Assembly: GCF_964355755.1 (NCBI RefSeq) | Contig: NC_092676.1 | Coordinates: 10,827,888-10,891,887, forward strand | Reading direction: 5' to 3' | Source: Antedon mediterranea | Taxonomy: Eukaryota > Animalia > Echinodermata | DNA length: 64,000 bases | Shown: positions 63,201 to 64,000 of the stretch, one piece after another | Layout: each line of letters starts with the position of its first letter | Numbering within the stretch: the first letter of the stretch is position 1 | Program-made: the position numbers and the translations under genes | The notes under the pieces: generated by a model | Database searches by the model: none | The model's input: only the letters and a program-made list of their open reading frames with translations | What the model was told of the DNA's origin: nothing

Positions 63201-64000
63201 GTTTCAACATTGTATACAAATATGGGGACGATGTCCAACAACGTGGACTTTCACATGAATAAATCCATTATTTACCCCTCCTATTTGGTGTCTCCAGGGA
63301 AAATTTACAGGATATGACCTTGCAGCAATATTGATTATTGAATCTTAGCTATATATCTACATAATCAGCCCATCAAACCTTTTGTGGCTTTTCACATAAA
63401 TAAACTTTCTGGGCATCCGGTCTAAGAGCGTCACTAAATATCTTTGGGGGCATGGCTATACTAAAGACTATGATATCGTATACTATATAGGGTAGTCTGC
63501 ACATTATTCTCTGATATGCCCTACAATAAAACCACATTGTTACAATGTCACATTAAATTATTAGTAAATAATTTAAATTAGGCTTTTAATACGGATACTG
63601 TATTACAAAAGGCAGATAACACATTTAATGTTATCTAATAAATACTATTGGCCATGAATGGCTAAATGATTGTATAGGCCTAATTTACTAATATGCTGAA
63701 AAAGCTGTATACTGTATGTACAATGGACTGTCTAAATTATTTTTCAAGGGAATATTGAATTAAATATTTATTCTAACTATCTAACATAGCCTTGCCTTAT
63801 GTAGAGATCAAATAATGTATACATTAATAATTAAATTTAATTAAATGAACCATTACATTTTTTGCTTTATTTAATACAAAAGTTAAAATGATGTTTGTAT
63901 ATCAGTTACGCTACTATAAATTATATTTTGCATCTGATTTGTGATTGTATTTGCATTTTTAACAGAATAATTTGTTTACCTTATATTATTATCGTTAGGG

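Noticed and set aside
56256-64000. MAO exon 1 (GxGxxG start)
   Set aside because: No minus-strand exon encoding a D(V/I)xxxGxGxS motif was found; it is probably beyond the window.

Overview
AT-rich, repeat-dense eukaryotic genomic DNA, probably from a marine invertebrate deuterostome (inferred from a Deu-domain SINE and vertebrate-like intron positions). The only host gene is a minus-strand flavin monoamine oxidase (MAO-A/B family), which the ORF track largely misses. Twelve GT-AG exons (56255 down to 8789, 1316 nt) splice into one open frame matching human MAO exons 2-13 in phase and mostly in length. Exon 1 and the C-terminal exons were not found and probably lie outside the window. The introns are a deeply nested transposon graveyard: L2/CR1-group, RTE and Penelope retroelements, a DeuSINE, a solo LTR, Helitrons (one only 108 bp), Helentron-type HINEs, Harbinger/Kolobok/MULE/hAT-like MITEs, an Academ-like element with XPG remnants, several tandem arrays and a decayed kinase terminal exon. 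The most unusual signal is a family of TA-flanked micro-insertions (TAGGCCTA, TAGGCCCTA, TACAGTA, TACTGTA, TACCGTA) that are present in one repeat copy and absent from its paralogue. All calls were made by eye; no searches were run.
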